A stretch of DNA of 64,000 nt. Origin: Atractiella rhizophila (Eukaryota). This document shows positions 1 to 12,090 of this stretch, in pieces; position 1 is the stretch's first letter, and every line of letters starts with the position of its first letter. Made by a program: the position numbers and the translations under genes. The DNA is taken from positions 106,961-170,960 of the forward strand of contig MU271193.1 of the NCBI GenBank assembly GCA_021432655.1. The letters run 5' to 3'. The notes under the pieces were generated by a model that was not told the origin of the DNA, made no database searches, and saw only the letters and a program-made list of their open reading frames with translations.

Positions 1-114
1 ACCCTTGAGGCTCCTGCTGCAATGGAGAAACTCCTCAAGGCGATTGATGCCATGACGTTTAGCGATTCAGGCAGATTTTTCGATGTCGCGGAAGACAAAG
101 ACTGTCCATTTTGA
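1..114 (+). CDS. 3' end (last exon) of a short-chain dehydrogenase/reductase (SDR paralog 1); the gene starts before the window
   Basis: Frame 1 reads TLEAPAAMEKLLKAIDAMTFSDSGRFFDVAEDKDCPF* (TGA 112-114). It aligns with the C-terminus of the SDR at 716-1909 (PLEAPEAIEMLIKLVDKITLSDSGRFIDVPED). Confidence 0.75.
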   Translation, partial: TLEAPAAMEKLLKAIDAMTFSDSGRFFDVAEDKDCPF

Positions 115-715
115 GGACAACAAGGAGAATAAATCGGTACGTTTTGTTTGAAATAGTGAACTTTCATGTTTCTGAAGAGAAGTGCCGCACTTAAGGCACC
201 CCAGGTCAGCGCACGAATATTTAGCGGGATATGCAATCTTCCTCATTCAGTTCTGACGTTTGCCTCGTCAGTTATGTGATCTGGCGTAGTCTTTGGTCGT
301 GATTTGAAATACTATCCGTTTACTATAAACTCGCCTGTTAAAGTTCATGAGGTCTCTTACCGAAGAAAATGTGGCGAAGGTCAACGTCTCTGCGAAAGTC
401 CACTCGGCTAGTAGTGACCGGGAAGCGGACCGGGCCGCTCCACCTTGCTGCGTGTGAGGATAACACACAAACAAGGACTGAGTGCTAAGGGCTGAATAGG
501 GACTGAGGAGAAAGGTGCGTGTCTTTTTGAAGAGCTGGATTGGGATTGTTCTGGTTGGATCTTGCACGAGGCAGACTGTTACCACAATAAGACCTTAAAA
601 CTTAAAAGTGTCTTGACTGCATGCAGCTGATATGGCACTGAGAAATGACCGCGCACTATACCGTGTCATGCAGTCGTAATGATGCGGTACACTGTAGGCT
701 ATTTCTTTTCTCCAC

Positions 716-1909
716 TCAAAACGCAGCATCTGTGTCTTCTGGGACGTCAATGAATCGGCCTGAGTCGCTCAGCGTGATCTTGTCGACCAGCTTGATGAGC
801 ATTTCAATAGCCTCAGGCGCTTCTAGAGGAGCCTTGAGCGCGCGCGTCTCGTCAGAAAAGTCTACATCATTTGTAAAGTGTGCAACTCACGATATCTGTT
901 CCTGACCTAACGCAGTGAACGTTTTGAGAATGTCAGTGTCAAAGACTTGTAGGAAATATTCACCCGTTAGTTTTGACGTATCCCTATTCTGCATATCAAT
1001 AACGGTCACTGTTTGAAAGGGAGAACCCCACTGGTGAAATGTTTATCACAATGAGTTCGTCCTTGGGGAATTCGACCGCATACTTTCTTGCTGCCATATT
1101 CAGTGCTGAGAGTTGCTTAGGTATTGCTGCAAACTCTCAGAGAATATAGTGAATCTTACCAGCCTTTGAAACTAGCCAGCGCGTTTAAATCATTCAAACG
1201 AATTAAGAGAGCTTACCTGCATAAGGAGCGAAAACACCATTGTTCAGTGGATCAAAGATAGCGTCCACGTTGACGTAGCTGCATGATCCGATAGTGGATG
1301 AAACGATAACGATTTTCTTTTCCTTGCCACCTTTAACAAGTGACAAGAAGGTATTTACCGTTCTCAAGGTTCCAATCACGTTGATGTTGAACTGTAACTG
1401 CTCTCAGTAACAGCGCAGACGTATCCGGATTGAACACTCACTAGTTCACTGAAGTCTTGAAGTGGAACATTGCTGAATTTCTCCCGTCTCATCTCCTCCA
1501 CCCCTCTTTTGATTCCACCGACGTCAATGGCTCCAGCGCTGTAGTTGGACTTCTTTTGGGTCCGGGTCAAGAAAAAGAAAAAAGCGTACTTGGCAATGAG
1601 AACGTCGATGCCCTTCCCTCCGACTCTTTCTTTTACTTCTTCGAACGCAGCTTTCATGCTCGCTTCCTCCGTCATATCCCCTTTCACAACAATAACATTC
1701 TTCCGTTCATTTGCGAGTGCTAGCAGGGAAGTAGCAGCGGAAGGGTTGCGGGTGAGAGCGAAGACGAGATCGCTGGGGTTATTTGAGAGTTGATGAACGA
1801 GTTCGAGCTGTTCTCCCACTATACTTTAATGGTGTGATGGAAACGGTCAAAGACCACTGACGCCTAGTCCACCAGAGGTTCCAGTCACCAAACTATTTCT
1901 ACCAGTCAT
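716..1909 (-). CDS. Short-chain dehydrogenase/reductase (NAD(P)-binding Rossmann fold), multi-exon (SDR paralog 2)
   Basis: ATG at 1909 gives MTGRNSLVTGTSGGLG (TGxxxGxG motif). Later motifs are GIDVLIAN-AG, NVIGT, IVIVSSTIGS, the catalytic YxxxK spliced as YA|VSKA|ALNMAARK, and ISPGYVKT. Introns are GT-AG; stop at 716-718. Confidence 0.85.
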
Positions 1910-2513
1910 GTTGGCGATACCGCACTTGATTGGACACTTGTGTTGATACGCTATTTTATACCCCTACTCAGAACATTAATGGCGTCTTCAGACCTAAGAT
2001 CTGAAGTGGAGCTTCTGCATCCACGGCATCGTCGACAGATTCATCACGTCGTGTCCACTGGTCACCACCTCTCTGAGGATATGTTCTAATGTGGAGTGCA
2101 GTGACTGCGGGCGAAAGCTCAGAGTCTCCCACGAGTCTATGTGCCAGGTAGAAGCCGACAAATTCGATCGGTTTCTTGCCACTGGGGCTTGATTCGTCAA
2201 AGCATCGGTGATACAGGAAAAATACCAACCCAATCACGGTTCAAGCTCCACCTATGTGGGACTACGGCGGATCCAGTTAGGAATACTTTCGCCTATCAAG
2301 GCAGGGTGGAGCATGTTTCCCGCAATCATGGAACGTTACAATTTTCCACAATTTTTTAGTCTAGAAATATTATGGGGTGGGAACTCCTTTGCTTGATGTC
2401 ATTTCATCTTTGCAAAAACAACAGGCATCAACGGCTGATACGCTTGTGTTCAGATCCAGTGCCACAAACCAGGCGGGTAAATCGACGAGTTGGATTCGCC
2501 TTACTTCCTCAAG

Positions 2514-4554
2514 ATGAAACCTACTATCGCCTTAAAGCCATCCTACGCCTCTTGGATCTCGAATAAATTTGTTACTCCTTCAGCCGCTTCCTCCAGGTAC
2601 CCTGCTTTCCATCCAATCCCTGGTTGACATCGCAGCTCAGAGTGACCAGTTTTCAGGTTCTCAATCCAGCTACTTCCAAACCTCTCGCTTCCGTATATTC
2701 TCCATCCAATGTAGAAATCGGCCAAGCGCTCTCCCTCTCACAAGCTACTTTTGATTCTGGCATTTGGTCCCGCGCTTCGCCTTCTCACCGCTCGCAAGTT
2801 CTCCAACGAGCGGCAAGGATCTTTGAAGAGCGTTTACCACGGTTGGTGGAACTAGAAACACTGCAAACTGGGCGGCCTATTAGGGAGATGAAAACACAGC
2901 TTGGGAGGGTTGGGGAGTGGTTCGGTTTGTTCTCTGTCTCACCTTCACCTTACAATGATCCTTATATAACATCATTGCTAATAGAGTATTTTGCGAGCGT
3001 TGCGCGTACACATGAAGATCCGGTTTTTCCAACCAGCGTCGGTCTTTCTCATGTTTGTGACAATCAGATTTCTGAGAAGGTATTGGGCAGGGCTCTCTAC
3101 TCAATTACATGAAGCGATATCCACTGGGCGTGGTCGCGCAGGTAGTTTCTCTGCCTTTTTTGATGATTGAGAGGACTGAAGCTCCAAAGTGTAGATAACT
3201 CCTTGGAACCACCCTCTTCTCATCTCGATCAAGAAGTTATCCGCAGCTTTGGCAGCGGGATGCTCTGTAGTCGTAAAACCTTCGGAGGTACATGACTCCT
3301 TTCAACCTTTGCTCGTGCTGAAATATAGAGAAGCTCGCCCCTCTGTCAGTCCTAGAGTTGGGAGATGTCCTTGCTTCCGCCGGTGGTGAGCATTGACATG
3401 CTTTCTCCTAGTTGACATCGATGATTCGTTACGACAGTCCCTGAAGGGGTGGTCTCCATCCTTCCTGGCGGACCGGAAGTTGTCCAAGAGATTATACGAC
3501 ATCCTTCCATTCGGCGCGTTGATTTCACGGTCTGCAATGCTCGCTGTTGAACTAGTTTCTGCGTATTGACCTGCGCTATTCAGGGAGGAACACCAACAGG
3601 AGTGAAGATCAACCAGATCATCGCAAACACTGGAAGAGTGATACCTATGACGGCGGAGCTGGGTGGTAAAGCACCGATCCTCATTTTTGGTTGGTTCATT
3701 TATACGTACAACCCTCTGTCTACTCATCTGGTATTGGATAGAGGATGCAGATCTAGAAACATCTATCAACGGCCTTCTGTTCGCCTCCTTCGTTGCATCA
3801 GGACAGACTTGCGTCTCAGGAACACGTCTTCTCATCCACGAGTCTCTTCTCTCCCAGTTCAAATCCGCGCTGGTACCACGTTTACAGCACATTTCGAAAC
3901 ACATGAGGTCACCTCTTGATCCCGAAACGCTCATGGGTCCCCTGATCTCAGCTTCAGGGTTGACCAGAGTAGAAGGGATGGTCAAGCGAGCGCTTCAAGA
4001 TGGCGCCGAGCTCTTATATGGAGGGCAACGGCCGACGAGTCTGAAGGACGACGAAGAGCACGTCAACGGGTTCTGGTACGAGCCTACTGTCCTCGTAGTG
4101 GATCGGGAGAAGTGTTCGGACTATGAGGTTTGGAAAGAAGAAGCATTTGGGCCAGTTTTGGTCGTCACCACCTTCTCCAACGAAGAGGAGGCTATTCGGT
4201 ACTTTCTCACTCCCTCCTTCATGTCCTGCTCTTCTGACACTCAATCTGAACAGGTTGGCAAACGATTCTCAATATGGGCTTGGAGCCGGGATCTGGACAT
4301 CGGACGGAGGAAGGGCGATTCGAGTGTCGAATGCGCTCTCGAGCGGGATGGTATGGATCAACACGCACCATAGAAACGATCCCTCGTCTCCTTGGGGTGG
4401 AGTGAAGGGGAGTGGGATCGGGAAGGAGAATGGGAAGGAAGCGTACGAGAGTTACACGGTCGGGAAGAGCGTGATTTGGAATTATGCTCGAACAGATGAG
4501 GCGAAGAAGACGGATGATTGGTTCGGGGGAGGAGAGGGCGTCAGGTATGGATAG
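2514..4554 (+). CDS. Aldehyde dehydrogenase, multi-exon
   Basis: Starts [19 protein letters not shown]. Motifs include [45 protein letters not shown] (catalytic Glu), SGQTC (catalytic Cys), EEAFGPV and [15 protein letters not shown]. Stop is TAG at 4554. Confidence 0.92.
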
Positions 4555-5079
4555 GTAGCTAGAAAATGGGAATGATATTCAACTGTTTGGTACTCTCGAA
4601 GCGTTTGCTAGAGGAAGAAGGAGCAGAAACTGATCACAAAGGTTCCAGAATGCCTGAAGTGGTACCATTAAGGTTATAAAACTATGAGCAAGAAGACGGT
4701 AACCGATATTTTGATGATATTTTGTGAGATGGTCAGAAAGGAGTTATAGAAAGCGAGCGTGAGGGTATATGCAGTCAATCAAGATCCAAACGTCAATCAA
4801 AAAGGTGAGGCTGGGATCATTCCTCCGAATCAAAGAGTAAAGAAAGAGAGGGTTCACTGAACTCCGCATCCTGGCAAACATCAGCCATCCATCCGACAAC
4901 GAGGCGAGCACCACATGGTGTTTTCATCAATCAACTCGAACCCAAGAATACATCGATCAGAATAAGAGGAGAAACACTAACGAGAACTAAAAGATTTTCC
5001 ACACGTCAAAACAAATTTAAGATCCAGAGACTGTCAGTGCAACGTCACTGTCACTGAAGAGGAGTTGGGGGCTAGGGAT

Positions 5080-7132
5080 TCAGTGATGATCCACGCTCGT
5101 CGCTCTGCTCTCAGGCAGGGGTACTGCGGCTCCTAACCCTAGCGTCGCACCCTTCTCGAGGTCTTTCAAGAGTTCCTCCCTCTGTTCGCTGCTAATATTC
5201 CTCGTCGCCCTCCTGGCCAACAGCCTCTGAGTCCGGAACGGTTCGTACTTCTCCTGCCTCGTCGAGTCCTTCAACAGCTGCATCACAACACAACAAATCG
5301 CATCAATAATCTAAATGCTACGAGGAAGGAAGGAGGTGACGAACCTTAAAGTATCCGCCAAACACGGCGCGTCTCAACGGTTCGAAATCACAATGTTCCT
5401 CATTGAGGACCTCGACTCTTCCCCACTTGAACTTCCTCTCAAACTTTCCCGGCCCGTCCTTCGCCCACGGGTTCTCAGGACTGATGAGAGCGAACGGTAG
5501 CACTTCCGCGACGTCAGGAAGAGGGGGTTCGTCCACACCTCCATTGCTAATTCCCCAAGCTGGAGCGCCTCCGAAATGCAGAGACTTCCTGCGCGGGGTC
5601 GCTTTCGGGGTTGAGGGCTGAGGGTTTGGGGATTTAGAGACGTGAGGAGACCGTGAACGGACTTTTATGACTTTTGGTTGTTCCTCTTCCTCTTCCTCCT
5701 CTCCCTCCACTTCACCCTCTTCGTTTTCTTCCTCTCCCTCTTCAGTGATCGCGGCTTCAGATTTAACGGACTTGCTCCTCCCCCTCCCCTGCACGGGCAC
5801 AGCAAGCTCTTCCTCCTCATCCTCATCCACACCCTCCCGTCCAAAAACTCCCCAACCACCACCTCCAATACCAATCCTCCCCAAATCCCTCCTCACCGCC
5901 TCCTTACACTCTCTCAACCTCTCCTCCGTCAGCTCATCCGCTCTCCCAATGACTGGCAACACATTCGCGCGAGCAGAGAGCCGTTTGATGAGACGGAGGT
6001 CAAGGGGTGAGATCGTCAGCTGCTCCTTGGTTTGGTCTCCGAATCCTCTTTCGTCGGCCTCTGCTGAGGCTGGGAGACTGGGAGAGGAGAGGGATGAGAC
6101 CCCGTTGGTGTGAGAGGTGGAGGGGCGAGGGAGGATGGAGGAGTGGTTGAGGAAGTAGAGACAGAGGTGGATGAAGGCGTCATGTGACTTGGAGGTCGTT
6201 CGATATACCTGTCCATTCGTTCCTCCTCATTAGTAATCTCGTCCCTCAAACTTCAAAATTGAAAATACGACGTCGACGTCGGTTTCCAGCAAGTTTCTGA
6301 AGAAGGAAGAAATGACGGACGTACCTGTCCCTCCTCGACTAAGACCTCCTCAAACTTCTCCTCACACAACCTAACAACCTTCCCCAACCTCCTCTCCGTC
6401 TCCAACTCATCCCTCCCCTCACTCATCCCCAGTCCCTTCGTATCCACAACCGACAACTTGATTCTCTCCCCCTCCTCGCTCACCACCTCCACCGTCGTCT
6501 TCCCACCAACCACAAACTGATCCTCCGCACCATTCCCAAACGTAGCAAGCAAAGTTCTGAAGTAAGAGCTCTTTCCAGTCCCACTATCGCCCACCACGAC
6601 GAGATTAAAAGTCTGCGGAGCCTTGGTAGACCTTGGAGCTCTATTTCTCGCCTTCGCACTCCTCAGCGCCGAGAGCGACGGAATAGGAGGTGCCGAGCCC
6701 GGAGAGTAGAGGAAAGAAGGAGGACGATAGCCCGTCTGTCTTGCGGAAGGAGAATTGACAAACTCTTCGCGCTTGTACATCTCCGCAATACTCTTCCCAT
6801 GTCCATTCACCGACACGCTTCCCACATTCGACGGTCTCCCTCCTCCCTCCTCCTCCTCCGTGTCCTAAGTCAGATTGGGACCGTTGAACATCCCCAGAGA
6901 CGCGAGGAGGGTAGTGGTATTTCCGTCCCCGCTCCCCTTCCGCGCTTATTGGCGCTTTCCCACCTTTTTGTGGCACCTGTTGGGGTGGAAGAGAGATTCC
7001 ATAGGTCCTTGCGAGCTCCGGGAGGGAGGGCGTGCTGTGAATAGCCGGCAGGGAGGGTGGTGGAGGTGGAGGCTCCGGCGTGAGGGGTGGAGCGGGACGC
7101 TTGCGACGGCCGAAGAGGGACTGGAAACACAT
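5080..7132 (-). CDS. Septin-family GTPase with a long low-complexity N-terminus; apparent 1-nt frameshift near 6845
   Basis: P-loop FNLVVVGDSGTGKS, G3-like VVDTKG, NVLPVIGRADELT, LPFALI and the septin-unique element RKFKWGRVEVLNEEHCDF. The C-terminus includes YEPFRTQRL. Confidence 0.8.
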
Positions 7133-7667
7133 CACATAGTCCGTTAGTCAGCTAATCAGTTTTCTTGGTAGATGGGATGAAATAGAAATGGAAATGGTTG
7201 TGACTATATATGTTGTAGGGTATTGAAGTAATAAGTAGCCAAGACTACGTCTTTCCCCAGTCTTTCCTAGCAGCTGCAGGAGATGACGCACCATGTTTGC
7301 TTAGCAATAGTGCTTGTGGGTACGCGGAGGCAAGTGAGAGGTCCTGCCTCCAATAATATATAACGTGTAAGTCTGTGCTTTCGAGGAAGAACGTATTAAT
7401 ATGCATCAACCAGCATCTTTCCTAGTTCCTTGTTTCAATTTCAAATTTTAGTCGCTCCATTGCAGCGTCGCACTATCCTTTTCCATTTGTTTCAATTTCA
7501 CCCACCAAAAATCGAACTTTCCAGGCTTTGTTTGTCAGGATCAATGAGGATGGAAGAATGGTTGAAAAAGTACAGACTTACGTTGGTGAGAACGGTGCGG
7601 CTTGGATGTTTGACCCCAGAACCCAACGCGAACCGTAAGGGACCTGGGACCATCCTGCAGAAGAAGG

Positions 7668-7970
7668 TGCACATCGAACCACTCGATTGGTCACACCTTG
7701 TACACCTAATCTATCTCATTCTTGACGGCGGAGCAGAAACATCGAACCTTGTTTGCAGTGAATTCCTCAGCACTCTTGAGACGACGGAGGTCAAGCTGGT
7801 CAGAGCTACCGCATTTCATCCACTGGTTCTACAAGGTCAATCAAGGATATTCTTTGAAAGTTAGGTTATTCTTGGGTGAGGTAGCTGATGAGGTACTTAA
7901 TAAGGCTCTGAGCGTAGTAAAAGAGCATGGGAGCAAACATGATCGGGTTGACGAGCCTGAGGATGATTGA
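7668..7970 (+). pseudogene. 3' fragment of an F-box/LRR-like gene (paralog of 12940-14733)
   Basis: EPLDWSHLVHLIYLILDGGAETSNLVCSEF and WSELPHFIHWFY match LSHLTQLANLYLDGGEETSNLVSPEF and WSYFPDFIHWFF. It is 5'-truncated and has a deletion between tggtc repeats near 7800. Confidence 0.8.
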
Positions 7971-8213
7971 TACACGAAACTTGCGATTAATTATCTACAC
8001 TATGTATTACTATGAAATATGGAAGCAAGAAGGAAAAGGAAGTGCTCACTATGAACCGTCCCTCTTCAACGGTTCAACCAGAACCCTTCGCGTTTGTACA
8101 AACTCTTTCCTCCGTACGGCCCATAATCTTTCCTTGCTTCAATTTCAAATAACATGTCTCAACAACATCCCAGTAATAATCTGGTAATACGCAAGTCAGA
8201 AGTAATATTCAGG

Positions 8214-9100
8214 ATGGCTCTCCTCAAGGCGCTTCGTCCGAACAAGCCGCTAAAGCCCAACATCATCCGCCCAATTACATACGGGCTGCTCTCACTCATC
8301 CCCATTTCCTGCACCCTTCATCTATTCACAACCCACTTCCTCACTGTCCAAACCGTGCGTCACTCTCCACCCATCCAGCCATAACCCAGCCTCAAAAAGC
8401 GCTTCCAAAGTGCGTAGGCCAATCCATGTACCCCACCCTCACCACTGGACACGCCATTCTCATCGTCCGCCCTGTCCTCCTTCGTCTCCTCGCTTGTCTC
8501 CCTTCCTCTTCCTCTACCTCATCCACCTCCAGCACTTCCTCCCCTTCTACTCCTCCTACACCAATGACGAAAAAATCACTCCTCAGTTTGTTAAAGAACC
8601 TAAGAGCCTTCCAACGTGGCCAACTGGTCGCCTACTCCCTGCCCTTGCACCCACAAGGGTGTGGAATGAAGCGAATAATCGGTGTCGAAGGGGACGTAAT
8701 CGAGTACGTCCCCCCCAGCCGTCTCAACCCTAGCATGGTCGACTACGACGGCATTTGGCGCTTCCCATCCTCCGACTCTTCTCCCTCTTCCTCCTCACAA
8801 CCAAACTCAAAACGGAAGGAAAAACGGAATGGAGGATCGAATGAGGAAGACACGATAAGAGTCCTCGTTCCCAAATCTCACCTCTGGCTAGAAGGCGACT
8901 CCCCCTCCTTCTCCATCGACTCTCGCACTTTCGGGCCCGTCCCTCAATCTCTCGTCGTCGGAAAGGCGTGGGCTATCGTCGGCACAGATGGTCGTAGGTT
9001 GGAGCAGGAGGTTAAGGGGAGAAAAGCAGGGGGAAAGGTCGTGGGCAGCATTAGGTTGGGGAAGGAGGGGAGGGGGGTCGAGATTGAGGTGATTGAGTGA
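8214..9100 (+). CDS. Mitochondrial inner-membrane peptidase (IMP1/IMP2-like, peptidase S26), copy 1
   Basis: Exon 1 8214-8354, intron 8355-8410, exon 2 8411-9100. Motifs are CVGQSMYPTL (catalytic Ser), MKRIIG (catalytic Lys) and WLEGD..S.DSRTFGPVP..LVVGKA. Confidence 0.88.
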
Positions 9101-9257
9101 TGTGAGTGTGGACGCTTGAGAACTGATTCATATCATCCTGTGCCTTGCCGACCAAGAGTATGCATCACGATTACTGCCCATGATCCCTGTTGAATGGGTT
9201 TGGAGAGAAATCTTAGAAGAGTCAAAATCCCATAATTGTTACGCTACTTGGCTCCAG

Positions 9258-11805
9258 CGTACGATGGCTTTAAGGCGATTGTAGGCTTCATCTCGAGGAA
9301 GTAAGGCGAATCCAACTGGTCGATTTACCTCGTCTGCTTTGTGTCGCTGGATCTGAAGACAAGCGTGTCAGCCGTTGATGCATGTTGTGTTTACGAAGAT
9401 GAAGTGTCATCAAGCAAAGGAGTTCCCAGCCCATAATATTTCCAGACTGGAAAATTGAGGAAAAATTGTAACCGTCCATGTTTGCGGGAAACTTGCTCCA
9501 CCATGCCTTGACAGGCGAAAGTATTCCTGACTGGATCCGCCGTAGTCCCACATAGGTGGAGCTTGAATGGTAATTGGATTGGTATTGTTCCTGTATCACC
9601 GATGCTTTGATGAATCAAAGCCTAATGGCAAGAAACCGATCGAATTTGTCGGCTTCTGCCTGGCACATAGACTCGCGGGAGCCCTGAGCTTTCGTCTCGC
9701 AGTCACGACACTCCACTATGGAACATATCCTCATAGAGGTTGTGGCCAGTGGACACGGGGTGATGAATAGGTCGATGATGCCGTGGATACAGAGCTCCAC
9801 CCCAGAGCGCCTTTAAATCTGAATAGGGATATAAAATAGCGTATCAACACAACTGTCCAATCAAGTGCGGTATCGCCATCATGACATGTAGAAATAGTTT
9901 GGTGACTGGAACCTCTGGTGGACTAGGCGTCAGTGGTATTTGACCGTTTCCATCACACCATTAAAGTATAGTGGGAGAACAGCTCGAACTCGTTCATCAA
10001 CTCTCAAATAACCGCAGCGATCTCGTCTTCGCTCTCACCCGCAACCCTTCCGCTGCTACTTCCTTGCTAGCACTCGCAAATGAACGGAATCATTGTTGTG
10101 AAAGGGGATATGACGGAGGAAGCGAGCATGAAAGCTGTGTTCGAAGAGGTAAAAGAAAGAGTCGGAGGGAAGGGCATCGACGTTCTCATTGCTAAGTACG
10201 CCTTCTTCTCTTCATGAACCCGAAACAAAAGAAGTCCAATTACAGCGCTGGAGCCATTGATGTTGGTGGAATCAAAAGAGGGGCGGAGGAGATGAGACGG
10301 GAGAAATTCAGCAATGTTCCACTTCAAGACTTCAGTGAACTAGTGAGTGTTCAATCCGGATACGTCTGCGCTGTTACTGAGAGCAGGTACAGTTCAACGT
10401 CAACGTGATTGGAACCTTGAGAACGGTAAATACCTTCTTGTCACTTGTTAAAGGTGGAAAGGAAAAGAAAATCGTTATCGTTTCATCCACTATCGGATCA
10501 TGCAGCTAGGTCAACGTGGGCGCCATATTTGATCCACTGAACAATGGTGATTTCGCTCCTTATGCAGGTGAGCTCTCTTAATTCGTTTGAATGATTTAAA
10601 CGCGCTGGCTAGTTTCAAAGGCTGGTAAGATTCACTATATTCTCTGAGAGTTTGCAGCAATATCTAAGCAACTCTCAGCACTGAATATGGCAGCAAGAAA
10701 GTATGCGGTCGAATTCCACAAGGACGAACTCATTGTGATAAACATTTCACCAGTGGGGTTCTCCCTTTCAAAGCGTGACCGTTATTGATATGCAGAATAG
10801 GGATACGTCAAAACTAACGGGTGAATATTTCCTACAAGTCTTTGACACTGACATTCTCAAAACGTTCACTTCCTTAGGTCAGGAACAGATATCGTGAGTT
10901 GCAACCTTTACGAACGATGTGGCTTTTCTGACGAGACGAGCGAGCTCAAGGCTCCTCTAGAAGCGCCTGAGGCTATTGAAATGCTCATCAAGCTAGTCGA
11001 CAAGATCACGCTGGGCGACTCAGGCCGATTCATTGACGTCCCAGAAGACAAAGATGCTGCATTTTGAGTGGAGAAAAGAAATAGCATATAGTGTACCACA
11101 TCATTATGACTGCATTACAGGGTACAATTGCGCGGTCATTTCTCAGTGCCATATCAGCTGCATGCTGTCAAGACACTTTTAAGGTCTTATTGTGCTAACA
11201 ATCTGCCTCGTGCAAGATCCAACCAGAACAATCCCAATCCAGCTCTTCAAAAAGACACGCACCTTTCTCCTCAGTCCTTAGCACACAGTCCCTGTTTTTG
11301 TGTTATCCGTTATCCTTTCTCTCACGCGCAGCAAGGTGGAGCGGCCCGATCCGCTTCCCTGTCACCGAGTTGACTCAGACGTTCGCAGAGAAGTCGACCT
11401 TCGTTACATTCTCTTCCGCAACAGACTAGGAGGCTTTCTCATGGGTCTTTAGCTCTTCGACAGGCGAGCTTATAGTAAATGGAGCCAGTAATAAGTCATT
11501 CAATTCACGAGCAAAGACCAAGCAGCATCACACAACTGACGACGAGGCAAACTTCAGCGCTGAATTGAATGAGGAAGATTGCATATCCCGCTAAGAATTT
11601 ATGCGATGACCTGGGGTGCCTTAAATGCGGCACTGTTAAGGTTCACTATTTCAAACAAAAACGCACCGATGTATTCTCCTTGATGTCCTCAAAATGGACA
11701 GTCTTTGTCTTCCGCGACATCGAAAAATCCGCCTGAATCGCTAAATGTCATTGCATCAATCGATTTGAGGAGTTTCTCCATCGCAGCAGAGCCTCAAGGG
11801 TCGCC
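9258..11805. repeat. Segmental duplication: inverted copy of about 1-2548 (continues to about 12130 as a probable copy of sequence left of the window)
   Basis: The reverse complement of 2548 down to 1 is alignable, e.g. atgacatgtagaaatagtttggtgactgga at 9881 vs 1880-1909, and 11690-11805 vs 1-114. Confidence 0.93.
9881..11067 (+). pseudogene. Pseudogenised duplicate of SDR paralog 2
   Basis: Same exon structure as 716-1909. It has a 5-bp deletion at about 10088 (aagaatgttattg to aatcattg, a frameshift) and a TAC to TAG nonsense change at 10507-10509. Confidence 0.88.
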
Positions 11806-12090
11806 TTTGAACATTGGTCAGAACGTTCTGCTTCACTTACGGAACGACTTACAATATCTGTTCCTGACCTGCCGAAAAGAAATGAATGTTTGTTTGTCCG
11901 TAGTTGTAGATCCTAAGGTGAGCAAAAACTCACAGATTGGTCTTAACCCATCCCTTTGCATGTCCAAAAGTTTAGATGCAGCATGGATTTAAAGATTAGG
12001 AGAAACGCACTGGAGAAACAGTCACAACGGTGATTCCGTCCTTATGGAGCTCGACAGCGTACTTCCTACCCGCCATGTTAAGAGCTAAGT
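11688..12090 (-). pseudogene. 3' exons of a duplicate of SDR paralog 1
   Basis: Contains ALNMAGRKYAVELHKDGITVVTVSP and a terminal exon matching 1-114. No upstream SDR exons are recognisable beyond about 12130. Confidence 0.7.

Larger units (their letters stand above)
7668..9262 (+). repeat. Segmental duplication: direct copy of about 44057-45684 (F-box 3' fragment plus IMP peptidase gene)
   Basis: Near-identical sequence from cgaaccactcga(t/c)tggtcacacc through ttggctcc(a/g)gcgtac at both locations. Confidence 0.95.

Noticed and set aside
5665..6113. Plus-strand Ser/Pro-rich ORFs
   Set aside because: They are antisense shadows of the acidic, low-complexity septin region.
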